64,000 bases of DNA from an uncultured Methanosarcinales archaeon. Lineage in GTDB: Archaea > Nanobdellota > Nanobdellia > Woesearchaeales > CAYSVS01. Within the stretch, counting starts at the first letter, position 1. Each line of letters starts with the position of its first letter. Made by a program: the position numbers and the translations under genes. Positions 54,185-64,000 of the stretch are shown here, in pieces. Location: positions 48,369-112,368 of the forward strand of contig CAZPRK010000001.1 of assembly GCA_964589485.1 (NCBI GenBank). The letters run 5' to 3'. The notes under the pieces were generated by a model that saw nothing but the letters and a program-made list of their open reading frames with translations, did not search any database and had not been told where the DNA came from.

Positions 54185-56449
54185 TTATTCCATCATATAA
54201 GAACTTTGCGTTCCTGCATTTTGAAGTTTTTCTATTTTTTCAATATTTTTCTGTAATAAGTAATTTTTAGCTTTATCATTCACTAAACTTAACATTTGTG
54301 CTATATGTCTTACTACATTTTTTATATTTAAAATTAATGAATTTGAACTACCGGGGGGGTTATTTATACAGGAAGAATATTCTTTTGAATCTGGCGGACA
54401 ACTTATTACAGGATGTATTGAATGAAAAGAAACTACTCCACTTAATGCATCTGTGCCACCAGCTATTGTAACAAAAACAATAGGTTCTAACGAATTATTA
54501 AATTTTTTAATAAATTCTTCACTTTCTGCAGGTTGTTTATGAGCTGAACAAATTTTAGTTTGATATGCTATTCCGTAATTTTTAAGCTCAAGTACAATTT
54601 TATCAATATGTTCTTGGTCACTATCACTTCCTGCCATTATAACTACCGTACTTCCACTTATATATTGTGATTCTTTTAAGTTATGTATTAAATTATTTCT
54701 AACATTTCCTTCAGGGAACTTAAACACTTCTCCAGTTAATTGTTCATAAAGTTTAATATATCTATATGAGCATTCAATAATATCTTCATCTGCTAATTTA
54801 GGGATTTCTCCTGAGCTATCGTAACTAAATCCTTTTTCTGTTAAAACATCCCTAATGAATTGTTTAGATAGTTCTTTAATTTTTAAATTAGGATTTTGTT
54901 TTAATACTTCATTAACATCATTCCCTAAAGAAGAAATTTCTTTAAACTTTTCATATTCTTCAATGGTACAATATCTTGAAGAGTCTGGTGTATTAGCTTC
55001 ATCAATTAAACATAACTCGTTATTTTCATCTAATCCAAATTCATACTTAGTGTCAATAAAAACTAATCCTGATTTTTGAGCTAATTCTTCTCCTCTTTTG
55101 TACAATTTAAGTGAAATTTCTTTTACTTTAAGAGCTAATTCTTTTCCTATTTTATTTTCAACTTCTTCAAACGTCATAGGTTCATCGTGTTCAGATTTGG
55201 TTGTGGGAGTAAATATAGGTTCATTTAATTTCTGGTATCTTTTTAATCCATCTTTTAAAATGTTACCACAAAAATTTCTATCACCTTTTTCATAAGCTTT
55301 AGCCATACTTCCCCAAACATATCCTCTTACAACACATTCAACCATTATATTTTTACAATATTTTTGTATAAGTACATTTTTATCTGGACTTTTAATATTA
55401 GCGTTTTTAACAATATCAACTGTTTGATTCATAGACCAATCATTTATCTGGTTAAGAACCATTCCTTTAAATGGAATTTGTCTATCTAAAACATGATCAA
55501 ATGCACTAACTCTGTCACTTGCAATCATAAAATTTTTTTCTCCAATTTGTTTTTTTCCTAGATGCACATGTCGCACTTTACCTTTAATTTCTTCTCCTAA
55601 TTCAGGAACATATGCATAATTTAATGTATTGTTTAAATTCAATTTTATAATTTCTTTGTAATCCATTTTATTTTCCTCCTTGAAATAATTAACAGCATTT
55701 TGAAAAATTTGTAAATTATTTTTAAAAAAACCATTTTCTTTTTTATGATAAAAATCAGGTGAATTTATTTTATAAATTGCTCTTTCAGGATGAGGCATCA
55801 TTCCCATAATTCTTCCAGAGAAGTCACATATTCCTGCTATATCTTCCATAGAACCGTTAGGGTTAAATGGATATTCTCCATTAGCAAATGTAGAGTTATT
55901 CATATATTTGAAAACAATTTGATTTTTTTCTTTTAATAAATTTAATATATTTTTATTACAATAAAATTTACCTTCTCCATGTGCAATAGGCATTTTAATA
56001 ACTTTTATGTTTTTTGTAAAAACGCAATTGGTTTCTAAAGTTTGTAATTTTACCCATCTACATTCATATCTTTCTTGATTATTTGGAATTAATGCTACAT
56101 TTCTTTCACCGTATTCTTTTTCATTTAATGCAAATAGTCCTAAGTTAACCATTACTTGAAAACCATTACATATTCCAAGAATAAGTTTTTTATCTTGAAT
56201 AAACGTTATTAATTTATCCCATAAATTATTTTTTATTTTATTAGCTAATGCATTTCCACTTCCTGTGTCGTCTCCATATGAAAATCCCCCGGGGAACATA
56301 AGAATATCGTAATTAGTTAGATTAACTTTATTGGAAATTAAATCATTTACATGAACTATTTCAGAAGTAGCTCCAACTAATTCGAATGCATGTGCACTTT
56401 CTTTTTCACAATTAATCCCATACCCTGATAATATTAAAACTTTTACCAT
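54185..56449 (-). CDS. PurQ-PurC-PurE triple fusion (FGAM synthase glutaminase, SAICAR synthetase, AIR carboxylase)
   Basis: PurQ motifs PGGFSYGD, GICNGFQ and MPHPER. PurC motifs GKVR, SDRVSAFD, DTKYEFG and TPDSSRY. PurE motifs GSDSD, SAHK and PVISCPP. Confidence 0.92.
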   Translation of the reverse strand: MVKVLILSGYGINCEKESAHAFELVGATSEIVHVNDLISNKVNLTNYDILMFPGGFSYGDDTGSGNALANKIKNNLWDKLITFIQDKKLILGICNGFQVMVNLGLFALNEKEYGERNVALIPNNQERYECRWVKLQTLETNCVFTKNIKVIKMPIAHGEGKFYCNKNILNLLKEKNQIVFKYMNNSTFANGEYPFNPNGSMEDIAGICDFSGRIMGMMPHPERAIYKINSPDFYHKKENGFFKNNLQIFQNAVNYFKEENKMDYKEIIKLNLNNTLNYAYVPELGEEIKGKVRHVHLGKKQIGEKNFMIASDRVSAFDHVLDRQIPFKGMVLNQINDWSMNQTVDIVKNANIKSPDKNVLIQKYCKNIMVECVVRGYVWGSMAKAYEKGDRNFCGNILKDGLKRYQKLNEPIFTPTTKSEHDEPMTFEEVENKIGKELALKVKEISLKLYKRGEELAQKSGLVFIDTKYEFGLDENNELCLIDEANTPDSSRYCTIEEYEKFKEISSLGNDVNEVLKQNPNLKIKELSKQFIRDVLTEKGFSYDSSGEIPKLADEDIIECSYRYIKLYEQLTGEVFKFPEGNVRNNLIHNLKESQYISGSTVVIMAGSDSDQEHIDKIVLELKNYGIAYQTKICSAHKQPAESEEFIKKFNNSLEPIVFVTIAGGTDALSGVVSFHSIHPVISCPPDSKEYSSCINNPPGSSNSLILNIKNVVRHIAQMLSLVNDKAKNYLLQKNIEKIEKLQNAGTQSSYMME

Positions 56450-59283
56450 TCTTTAAACCTTTCACGATATATTTTATCTAATTCATTAACTTTAATATTG
56501 AGAACTTCTTTATTATCTTTTATTACAAAATCTTGACCTTCAACTACACCTATGTGAAATAAATTAAATTCTTTAAGTTCTTCTTCTATAATATTTTTAT
56601 GTTTTTTATTTATTGTAACAACAAATCGAGATTGAGATTCAGAATATGATTTAGTAAACGTGTTAATAGAGGGTATTGCTTTAATGTCAACATTAACACC
56701 AAGTTGTCCTGCGATTGACATTTTTGCTAAACATGTTATCAATCCCCCTCTTTCAATTGATGCACAGGAATTAAAAATTTCTTTTTGATGTATTTCATAC
56801 ATTTTTTCATATAATTGCCTAGCTTTTTTCGCATTAACTTTTGGAGACTTAAAGCTCTTTTTACCTAATATGTAAAATACTTCACTGCCTCCCATTTCAT
56901 CAAAAGTATCCCCTATTAAATAAATTAAATCTCCTTCTTTTTTTATATCCATTGAACAAGTTTTGTTTACATCTTCAATTACACCTATGCTGGAAATTAA
57001 TAAAGTTGGATTTATGGAAATGTTTATTTCTTCATTTTTATCATTAAATCCTTTAAAGTCATTAAACATACTATCTTTCCCAGAAATAAAAGGAGTCATA
57101 AATTCAGTAGCATAGTTATAACATCCTCTGGCTGCAGCTTCCAATTGAAATAATTTTTTAGAATCATTAGAACTACACCAACAAAAATTATCAAGTAATG
57201 CTAAATGATTAATATTTCCTCCAACAGCTACACAATTTCTGATAGCAGTATCTATCGCATTTGCAGCCATATCGTAACAATTTATTTCACTTAACCTTGG
57301 ATTTAAATGTTGGGATAAAACAACACCTTTATTAGAATTAAAAAGTGGTTTAATTATGGATGTATTTCCGTTAACTCTTCCTTTCCCTTGCAACGGTTTT
57401 AATATTGAATTACTTTGAACTTCATGATCATATTGTTTAGAAATAAATTCAGTACTACAAATATTATGACTTCCAATAACTTTTTTAAATAAAGCTAATT
57501 GATCAATTTCTTCAATTTCATCTTCATAATCAATATAATTATATTTTTCAGTTTTTAATATTTTAACTGGGTTTCCATTATGCAAAAATTCCATATCCAA
57601 ATTTAAAATCTCTTTTCCATAAAAATTCACAATAGCTTTTTCACTTGAATTAAATTTTCCTATTATTGTTGTTTCTACATCTCTACTTTCCATTAAATTA
57701 ATAAATTCTTGTAATTTATTATCTGAAATTGACAAAGTCATTCTTTCTTGAGATTCAGAAATCCAAATTTCCCATGGATCAAGTCCAGGATATTTTAGTT
57801 TAACTTTTTCTAAGTCTACAATAAATCCACCGCATTCTTTAGCCATTTCCGCAACACTACAACTTAATCCGCCTGCGCCATTATCAGTTATACTGTTAAA
57901 TAAATTTAAATCTCTTGCTTCTTTTATTACTGCATCTGATAATTTTTTTTGTGTTATAGGATCTCCAATTTGAACCGCTGTAGCTGGACTTTTTTCATCT
58001 AATGTTTCCGATGAAAAAGTTGCTCCATGTATACCATCTTTTCCAACTCTTCCTCCTATAATAACAATATTGTCATTAGGAAGTGCCTTTTTTTCATAAT
58101 AAATTCTATTTTTTTTTTTTCTTGGAATTAAACCAATTGTTCCAACAAAAACTAAAGGCTTTCCTTTATAACTTTCATCAAAATTAACAAACCCTGTAGG
58201 TGTAGGAATGCCTGAACAATTACCTCCAACATTTACACCTTCAATTATTCCTTTTAATATTCTAGACGGAGGTAACATGGCATTATTTTGATTTTTTCCT
58301 CTAAATAATAATGAATTATCTTCAGGTTTTGCAACACAAAATCCATACCTGTTTGCGATTGGTAATGCTCCAATACCAAAACCAATAATATCTCTATTAA
58401 CTCCAACTATGCCTGTTATAGCGCCTCCAAATGGGTCTAAGGCACTTGGGCTATTATGAGTTTCTACTTTATCTGCGATAATATATTCATCATTAAATAT
58501 TATTCCGCCAGCATTATCATGAAATACACTTAAACAAAAATCATTTTTTTTTCTAATTTTTTCAGTTGCACCTTTAATATATTTTTTATATAATCCTTCT
58601 TTAACTTCTCCTAAAGGTGAGGCAAAAATAGTATGTTTACAATGTTCACTCCAAGTTTGAGCAATACTTTCAATTTCAATATCTCTAGGCTTCCTATTTT
58701 TAAAATATTCTTTTATTTTTTTCATATCTAATTCATCTAATGCTAATGTTCCTCTCCTAACATTATTAGAATCTAGAATACCTTTTTTTCCTAATTCAAT
58801 TAAATCAGCAGTTTCTAAATCTATTTCTAAAATTTCACCTTTAGAGTTAATTGAAACTTTTGGAATAATTAAATCCATATCTTTATCTTTTAAATATTGT
58901 TCATATGTTTTAATATGATATCTTTCAATTAATGGATTTATTTTTTTTAAAGCTATTTTTTCAACTTCATCTTTATTTAATTTTTCTGAAATAAAAATAG
59001 TATTAGAACTATATACAAAACTATTATCTTTTAATTTAAACATATCTTTAATTATTTCACTTGCAGTTTTTCCAACATTATCAGTAACCCCTGGAAGAAA
59101 GCCTAATTCTAAAACCCAATGACATTCAACTTTCTTTGGTTCATTAATCCTTATTTCTTCTATTACTGGGTTGTGTAGGGCATTAGCAATTCGATTAATT
59201 TCAGTTTCTGAGAAATTTCGATCTATAGTGTAAACTTTACTAAATAACTTAGAATTAATTTTAGAATCGATTGAAATCCTCAT
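56443..59283 (-). CDS. purL: FGAM synthase PurL with N-terminal PurS-like extension
   Basis: PGVTDN, QTWSEHCKH, ETHNSPS, DNGAGG, SESQERM and ISGKDS motifs. Confidence 0.95.
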   Translation of the reverse strand: MRISIDSKINSKLFSKVYTIDRNFSETEINRIANALHNPVIEEIRINEPKKVECHWVLELGFLPGVTDNVGKTASEIIKDMFKLKDNSFVYSSNTIFISEKLNKDEVEKIALKKINPLIERYHIKTYEQYLKDKDMDLIIPKVSINSKGEILEIDLETADLIELGKKGILDSNNVRRGTLALDELDMKKIKEYFKNRKPRDIEIESIAQTWSEHCKHTIFASPLGEVKEGLYKKYIKGATEKIRKKNDFCLSVFHDNAGGIIFNDEYIIADKVETHNSPSALDPFGGAITGIVGVNRDIIGFGIGALPIANRYGFCVAKPEDNSLLFRGKNQNNAMLPPSRILKGIIEGVNVGGNCSGIPTPTGFVNFDESYKGKPLVFVGTIGLIPRKKKNRIYYEKKALPNDNIVIIGGRVGKDGIHGATFSSETLDEKSPATAVQIGDPITQKKLSDAVIKEARDLNLFNSITDNGAGGLSCSVAEMAKECGGFIVDLEKVKLKYPGLDPWEIWISESQERMTLSISDNKLQEFINLMESRDVETTIIGKFNSSEKAIVNFYGKEILNLDMEFLHNGNPVKILKTEKYNYIDYEDEIEEIDQLALFKKVIGSHNICSTEFISKQYDHEVQSNSILKPLQGKGRVNGNTSIIKPLFNSNKGVVLSQHLNPRLSEINCYDMAANAIDTAIRNCVAVGGNINHLALLDNFCWCSSNDSKKLFQLEAAARGCYNYATEFMTPFISGKDSMFNDFKGFNDKNEEINISINPTLLISSIGVIEDVNKTCSMDIKKEGDLIYLIGDTFDEMGGSEVFYILGKKSFKSPKVNAKKARQLYEKMYEIHQKEIFNSCASIERGGLITCLAKMSIAGQLGVNVDIKAIPSINTFTKSYSESQSRFVVTINKKHKNIIEEELKEFNLFHIGVVEGQDFVIKDNKEVLNIKVNELDKIYRERFKEW

Positions 59284-59346
59284 AAAAACACCTTACTTTA
59301 GGCTTTAAACTTCTTTATTTAAAGATTATTCTTGTTGAGAATATAG

Positions 59347-60018
59347 TTATTGACTTACCATCAATAAAGAACCATTTCCATCTAAAAATACTGGTTTAAC
59401 GTATGCTATTTGAGTAAAGTTTAATTTTTTTGAATATATTATTGTACTTGGACTTCCTTCCATAGCTTCTACAATTATTTGTTTACCTTTTAACCTTTTA
59501 ATTCTTTCATTTACAAGTTTCATTGCAATTCCTTTTCCTTGATATTTTGGTATAACTCCTAAATCAGTAAGGTGAGCTAATTTATTTGGCTTTAAGATAA
59601 CTTTATTTCTAGCAAAAAGAATATTTACTTTAGGTTCGCCTGGTTGCTCATAACTAGTTTCAAAATGCTCAAACCCTTCAGCAGCATCATAAAATCCAAT
59701 ATTGACCCCATATTTACTTTTCCAAGGATCATGTTTTATTTTCTCAAGACTTAATCTAATTAAGTGTTCATTTGGTTTTTTAAAATTAAGGTGTTTTAAT
59801 AACATCAAACCTTCTATTCTTTCATTAGTTAAATCATCTGTTGTTTCAGTATACATACCATAACCTATAACTTTATCATCAATTTCTGCTACAATAGTTT
59901 TAGTATTTTTATCATTTAAATTACAAAATAACTCTTCTTCATTAAGCGTTGGAAAACAAAGTTTAATAACTTCTTCAATATTATCTTTTTTCTCTAATTC
60001 TCTGATAGTTGTTTCCAT
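59347..60018 (-). CDS. GNAT-family acetyltransferase
   Basis: LGVIPKYQGKGIA acetyl-CoA-binding motif. Confidence 0.8.
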   Translation of the reverse strand: METTIRELEKKDNIEEVIKLCFPTLNEEELFCNLNDKNTKTIVAEIDDKVIGYGMYTETTDDLTNERIEGLMLLKHLNFKKPNEHLIRLSLEKIKHDPWKSKYGVNIGFYDAAEGFEHFETSYEQPGEPKVNILFARNKVILKPNKLAHLTDLGVIPKYQGKGIAMKLVNERIKRLKGKQIIVEAMEGSPSTIIYSKKLNFTQIAYVKPVFLDGNGSLLMVSQ

Positions 60019-60042
60019 AAACTTATACTTTGTTTAGTATAC

Positions 60043-61134
60043 TTAAAAAACTAACTCTCCACCATTAAAACCTTTACTTTTAATTTTAATATCTGGGTTT
60101 TCAGTTACTTTCCCACAAACTTTAGCATTAATATTATATTTTAAAGCAATTTCAATTACTTTTTCAGGTTCAGGAGAAATTATCAATAACCCTTGCCCCA
60201 TACACCATGTTTTATACGCTTCAGAATCAGATATATTACCAATTTCTTGACAATGTAACATTAAAGAACATGGGTTAAATAAATTATCTAAAATAGCACC
60301 ATACCCATTAGTTTCTAAAACTCTTCTTAATTTTCCTACAACTCCTCCACCTGTAACATGTACAACTCCATTTAATTTAACTTTAGCTTCATTTTCAATT
60401 CCGCCAAACATATCACATACAGCTTTAGAGTAAATTTTACTAGGAAATAATGCAATATTACCAATTTTTTCTCCATTTAATTCAGAATTATGCCATTCGT
60501 CTCCATATTTCTCTGAAAGAACTTTTCTTAATAACGAAAACCCATTACTTCTAAACCCTTTTTCTTCTAAAGCGATAATAGAATCCCCGACTGAAATATT
60601 TTTTCCAGTAATAATTTTATTTTTATTTACAAACCATACAACTGTTGAACCCCAGTTATAGTTAAATTTACCAAATCCATTAACTCTTTTTCCAATTTCA
60701 GCAATTTCTCCGTTTACAACTACAACATTAGCTTCCTCAGCAGCTTTAATATATCCTTGAGCTAATTCTTTCATTAAATTAACATTTATACTATTTACGT
60801 CTAATATACTTCCAATTATAACTGGTTCAGCTCCTCTAACGATGGCATCATCACAAACCATTGCAAATAAATCAAATGCTATTGTATTATGTTTATTCAT
60901 TCTTTCGGCTATTTCAATTTTAGTTCCAACTCCATCAAATCCGATGTTCATTAAAGTACCTTGTGGCAAAGAAGAAATATCAATAACTCTTAATCCTGAA
61001 AAATCATCCGTTGGCGTAATAACTTTTCCTAATCCTTGTCTATTTTTCCAAGTTTCTTTAGCAGCATTATAAAAAATTTTACTAACTTCATCACCTAATT
61101 CAGTATTAACGCCAGATTCAGCATAATTAGTCAT
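60043..61134 (-). CDS. purM: AIR synthetase
   Basis: YAESGV, DGVGTK, GEIAE, GFRSNGFSL and HVTGGG motifs. Confidence 0.93.
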   Translation of the reverse strand: MTNYAESGVNTELGDEVSKIFYNAAKETWKNRQGLGKVITPTDDFSGLRVIDISSLPQGTLMNIGFDGVGTKIEIAERMNKHNTIAFDLFAMVCDDAIVRGAEPVIIGSILDVNSINVNLMKELAQGYIKAAEEANVVVVNGEIAEIGKRVNGFGKFNYNWGSTVVWFVNKNKIITGKNISVGDSIIALEEKGFRSNGFSLLRKVLSEKYGDEWHNSELNGEKIGNIALFPSKIYSKAVCDMFGGIENEAKVKLNGVVHVTGGGVVGKLRRVLETNGYGAILDNLFNPCSLMLHCQEIGNISDSEAYKTWCMGQGLLIISPEPEKVIEIALKYNINAKVCGKVTENPDIKIKSKGFNGGELVF

Positions 61135-61234
61135 ATTTTTTACAATAATATAATCTCATATATATTCATTTTGGAAAGCTTTAAATATTAATTATATATA
61201 TTAAGAAGTATAAGTTAAAAGAGAGGTGTAGCTT

Positions 61235-61423
61235 ATGGCTTTTGGTATGGCTGAAGTAACTTTAGCAATTATTGTTGGAACTTTACTTTCAATTGTATAT
61301 AGTTTAAGAGTTTTAGTTTTAATGGACAGAAGGATTGAAAGAATAGAAGAACATATAGAATCTGTAGTAGAAAGAATTTTGCGTGAAGAACTTTCTATTA
61401 AAAAGAAAAGAAAAAGAAAGTAA
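61235..61423 (+). CDS. Small single-pass membrane protein
   Basis: GAGGTG ribosome-binding site upstream. One TM helix followed by a coiled coil and a basic tail. Confidence 0.7.
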   Translation: MAFGMAEVTLAIIVGTLLSIVYSLRVLVLMDRRIERIEEHIESVVERILREELSIKKKRKRK

Positions 61424-61425
61424 AA

Positions 61426-62280
61426 ATGCAAAATTTTAATTTTCTTTTAAAGAAGCTAAATAATTTAAAAACTTCTGAAATGAAAGTTAATACTGGCTTA
61501 GATTTTATAAGAGGTTCTTTAAATAAAAAGAATGTTTCTAATTTTTTACATTCATGTAAAAATAAATTAGATAATAGTAATCAAACTTTAATTAATTCGT
61601 TTAATTATTTATTACATAACTCACATCAGTTAGATAAAACTGAAGATTTGCAAGATTTAGTTAATGGACGAATTCTTAGACTTAAAAAACATTTTCATGT
61701 TTCTCAAGATAAAATTGCAGAATATACTTCAAATAAAATAACAAATAAAATGATAGTTTTTGTTCACGGAAATTGTAATCTTATATCCAATTCTTTAATA
61801 TTGGCTGGTAAGAATAAAAAATTTGAAGTTCATTTAACTGAAGGAAAGCCATTTAATCATGGTAAAGAATTTATTAAAAAACTAAATAAATCTAAACTTC
61901 CACTTAAATTTTATTATGATGCTGCTGTTAGACAAGCATTAAAAAAAACAGATTTAATTCTATTAAGTGCAAATTCTATAACGAGCGAAGGTAAAATTAT
62001 GTCTCCTATTGGATCTGAGGTTATTGCTGAATTGGCAAGAAACTATGATATTCCTGTTTATTGTTGTGTTAATTCTCTTAATTTTAATCCTGAATCTATT
62101 AAGGGAGTTGAAGAATTTGAAGATGTTCATGTAAAAAAATCAAAATATTTAACTCAAGATCAAACATCATACGAAATAATTTCTCCTGATTTAATTACTG
62201 GGGTTATTTCTGAGTTAGGTGTATTTAAGCCTGAAGTTTATGTTGAAGAAATTAAACAAAATTATCATTGGATGTTTTAA
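61426..62280 (+). CDS. eIF-2B alpha/beta/delta-family (ribose-1,5-bisphosphate isomerase-like) protein, divergent
   Basis: TEGKP, DAAVR, IGSEVIAELA...IPVY and LITGVISELG motifs. Confidence 0.8.
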   Translation: MQNFNFLLKKLNNLKTSEMKVNTGLDFIRGSLNKKNVSNFLHSCKNKLDNSNQTLINSFNYLLHNSHQLDKTEDLQDLVNGRILRLKKHFHVSQDKIAEYTSNKITNKMIVFVHGNCNLISNSLILAGKNKKFEVHLTEGKPFNHGKEFIKKLNKSKLPLKFYYDAAVRQALKKTDLILLSANSITSEGKIMSPIGSEVIAELARNYDIPVYCCVNSLNFNPESIKGVEEFEDVHVKKSKYLTQDQTSYEIISPDLITGVISELGVFKPEVYVEEIKQNYHWMF

Positions 62281-62990
62281 CGTTTTTTAACTTTTTTTTT
62301 AATTACTTTTTTCTTGACTACTTTTTTTGATTTTACAGTTTTCTTTTTTACTGTTTTTTTAACAACCTTTTTTTTGGTTGGTTTTTTTAGTTTTGTAACT
62401 TTTTTCTTAATAACTTTCTTTTTTACTACTTTTTTCTTATTTTCTTTAGGTTGTTCTGGTTCAGTAGCTACTTGTTTTATTATTTTCTTATTGGCTAATT
62501 CTTTTTCAAGATTTTTAATTTGTTTTTCAATTTCGTTTATAACTTTACTATTATCTTTTTGATTCATTAAATCTCCACATTCAGGACATTTAAATTCAAA
62601 GTTCATAGCTTGTTCAAAATTAAGTCTCATACATTCGCTTGCGCATATAAAAAATTGTCCAGAACTTTCTCTTTTTAATCTTTCTTTTAGATTTTCAAGC
62701 CTTTCGCTTTTAACTTTTGCAGCTAAATGTAAAATTTTCTTTTTATCAAATGTCCAATAGTATATGTACCAACCTTTTCTTTTATCTTTTCTTCTAATAA
62801 AACTTACAAGATTGGCATCATAAAGCCTATAAAGCATATTTCTAGTTAAATTTACTTCTGCTTTAATTTCTTCAGCTAATTTAAATTCTGAAACATTATT
62901 TTTAGTTTTTAGTATTTGAATTAACGGAACAACATCTTCGCCAGCTACATCTGCTACTATTTCATCAATTAATTTACTAGTTATTTTCAT
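62277..62990 (-). CDS. tfe: Transcription factor E (TFE alpha) with Lys-rich C-terminal tail
   Basis: SEFKLAE, RNMLYRL, KGWYIYYW and the Zn ribbon FKCPECG. Confidence 0.92.
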   Translation of the reverse strand: MKITSKLIDEIVADVAGEDVVPLIQILKTKNNVSEFKLAEEIKAEVNLTRNMLYRLYDANLVSFIRRKDKRKGWYIYYWTFDKKKILHLAAKVKSERLENLKERLKRESSGQFFICASECMRLNFEQAMNFEFKCPECGDLMNQKDNSKVINEIEKQIKNLEKELANKKIIKQVATEPEQPKENKKKVVKKKVIKKKVTKLKKPTKKKVVKKTVKKKTVKSKKVVKKKVIKKKVKKR

Positions 62991-63098
62991 TAATAATCTC
63001 TATTGTTTTCTTGGGAAGTAATTTTATAAATCTTTCTGATTTAGTAGTATTCTTGTTTTATTTTTTGTCAAAATAATAACTAAATCTTAATAATGCTA

Positions 63099-63494
63099 TC
63101 AATTAGATAATTCTATTAATTCTTCAAAAGTAAGGCCTTTTAGCTTTGCATCATTATTATTAATGCTAAGATTAAAACTTTTAGTCTGTTTTAAGTCTTC
63201 TGGGCTAATAAAATACCATTCTTTGTTAAATTTTATAGCAATCCATGGTTCTGCTCCAAAAATTGCTGCAAATTCTTTAAGGTGTTCAATTTCTAATTCT
63301 GGAAAATATTTAGAATCTTCTTTTGTAATTTTGGCTTCTATTGCTATTTTTCTAATATTATTTCCGGCAATAAGGTCTGGACAAGGATATTTATTGCTTC
63401 CACTCCCTGCGACTCTAATGCAAGCCCAGTTATGTTTCCAAAATAAATGAACAAGTTCTCTTTCGCCATCAATTCCTTTTGATTTTCTTGACAT
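63099..63494 (-). CDS. hjc: Holliday junction resolvase
   Basis: KG...EREL, RVAGSG, PDLIAG and IEAK motifs. Confidence 0.93.
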   Translation of the reverse strand: MSRKSKGIDGERELVHLFWKHNWACIRVAGSGSNKYPCPDLIAGNNIRKIAIEAKITKEDSKYFPELEIEHLKEFAAIFGAEPWIAIKFNKEWYFISPEDLKQTKSFNLSINNNDAKLKGLTFEELIELSN

Positions 63495-63998
63495 TTAAAC
63501 TTTTATTTTTAAAAAATCGTGAGCAATAATTACATTTTGATATGTATTTTTAGCATCCTCTAAAATAACATTATAATCTTTATATCTTTGACTAAAATGA
63601 TATAATACTAATTTTTTAACATTACTTTGATTAGCAATATTAGCTGCTTCCTCTGCTGTTAAATGTTTATATTGAATTGCTTTTTCTTGCTCATTACTAG
63701 TATATGTAGCTTCGCTAATTAACATATCACAATCTTCAGCAATTTTTAAACAATTAGAACAATATGCAGTATCTGCAATGTGTCCCACTATTTTACCTTT
63801 AATAGTGTACGTAACATCCTTGGAATTTATAATTTTATCATTAAATTTAACATTTTTTCCTGATTGAAGTTTTCCAAGTAAAGGGCCGTCAGGAATTTTT
63901 AATTTTTTTATTTTAGCTACATTAATTCTTTTTTTATCTTTTTCAATAAATTTAAATCCAAAACATAACATTTTATGATCTAATTTATAAGCTTCTAA
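63495..63998 (-). CDS. rnz: Ribonuclease Z (5'-partial)
   Basis: GPLLGKLQ exosite, ADT, SEATY, HLT and HFSQRY motifs. The frame stays open to the window end. Confidence 0.93.
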   Translation of the reverse strand, partial: LEAYKLDHKMLCFGFKFIEKDKKRINVAKIKKLKIPDGPLLGKLQSGKNVKFNDKIINSKDVTYTIKGKIVGHIADTAYCSNCLKIAEDCDMLISEATYTSNEQEKAIQYKHLTAEEAANIANQSNVKKLVLYHFSQRYKDYNVILEDAKNTYQNVIIAHDFLKIKV

Positions 63999-64000
63999 TG

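Noticed and set aside
12365..63450. Other short ORFs overlapping well-supported genes on the opposite strand (e.g. 13119..13427, 23833..24168, 30163..30531, 39787..40068, 62314..62562, 63163..63450)
   Set aside because: They overlap conserved genes in antisense and have no recognisable motifs.

Overview
AT-rich archaeal window, most likely DPANN/Woesearchaeota-like. This is an inference from PolD, TBP, TFE, Hjc, Orc1/Cdc6, aIF-2beta and the Cys-rich surface proteins. (1) 1-11857 is one giant minus-strand ORF of at least 3952 codons, missing from the ORF track because it runs off the window. It encodes a secreted or surface protein with Cys-rich regions, thrombospondin type 3-like Ca-binding repeats, 12 tandem PKD domains, three DUF1566-like domains and InlB-B-like repeats. 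(2) 11968-22551 is an accessory biosynthetic locus that looks like an archaeal His-Xaa-Ser (Hxs) RiPP system. It has a 76-aa His-triplet precursor with a pilin/Tat-like leader, next to an A24 prepilin peptidase. It also has an HxsB-like radical SAM enzyme lacking all SPASM cysteines, two HxsD-like proteins, a second radical SAM, amino-sugar and glycosyltransferase enzymes, and an acyl-CoA ligase. (3) 22548-26464 and 32190-33116 hold tRNA thiolation/sulfur-relay genes. (4) 27388-41228 is a replication cluster (RPA, intein-bearing MCM, TBP, Cdc6, PolD) with ORB elements and a probable oriC at about 40256-40391. (5) 41268-61134 is a near-complete de novo purine cluster with a PurQ-PurC-PurE fusion, a CTG-initiated purN and an animal-like GMP synthase. 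(6) The window ends with housekeeping genes (TFE, Hjc, RNase Z). I recognised no rRNA, tRNA, CRISPR array or transposase. All family assignments come from motif recognition by eye, not database searches.
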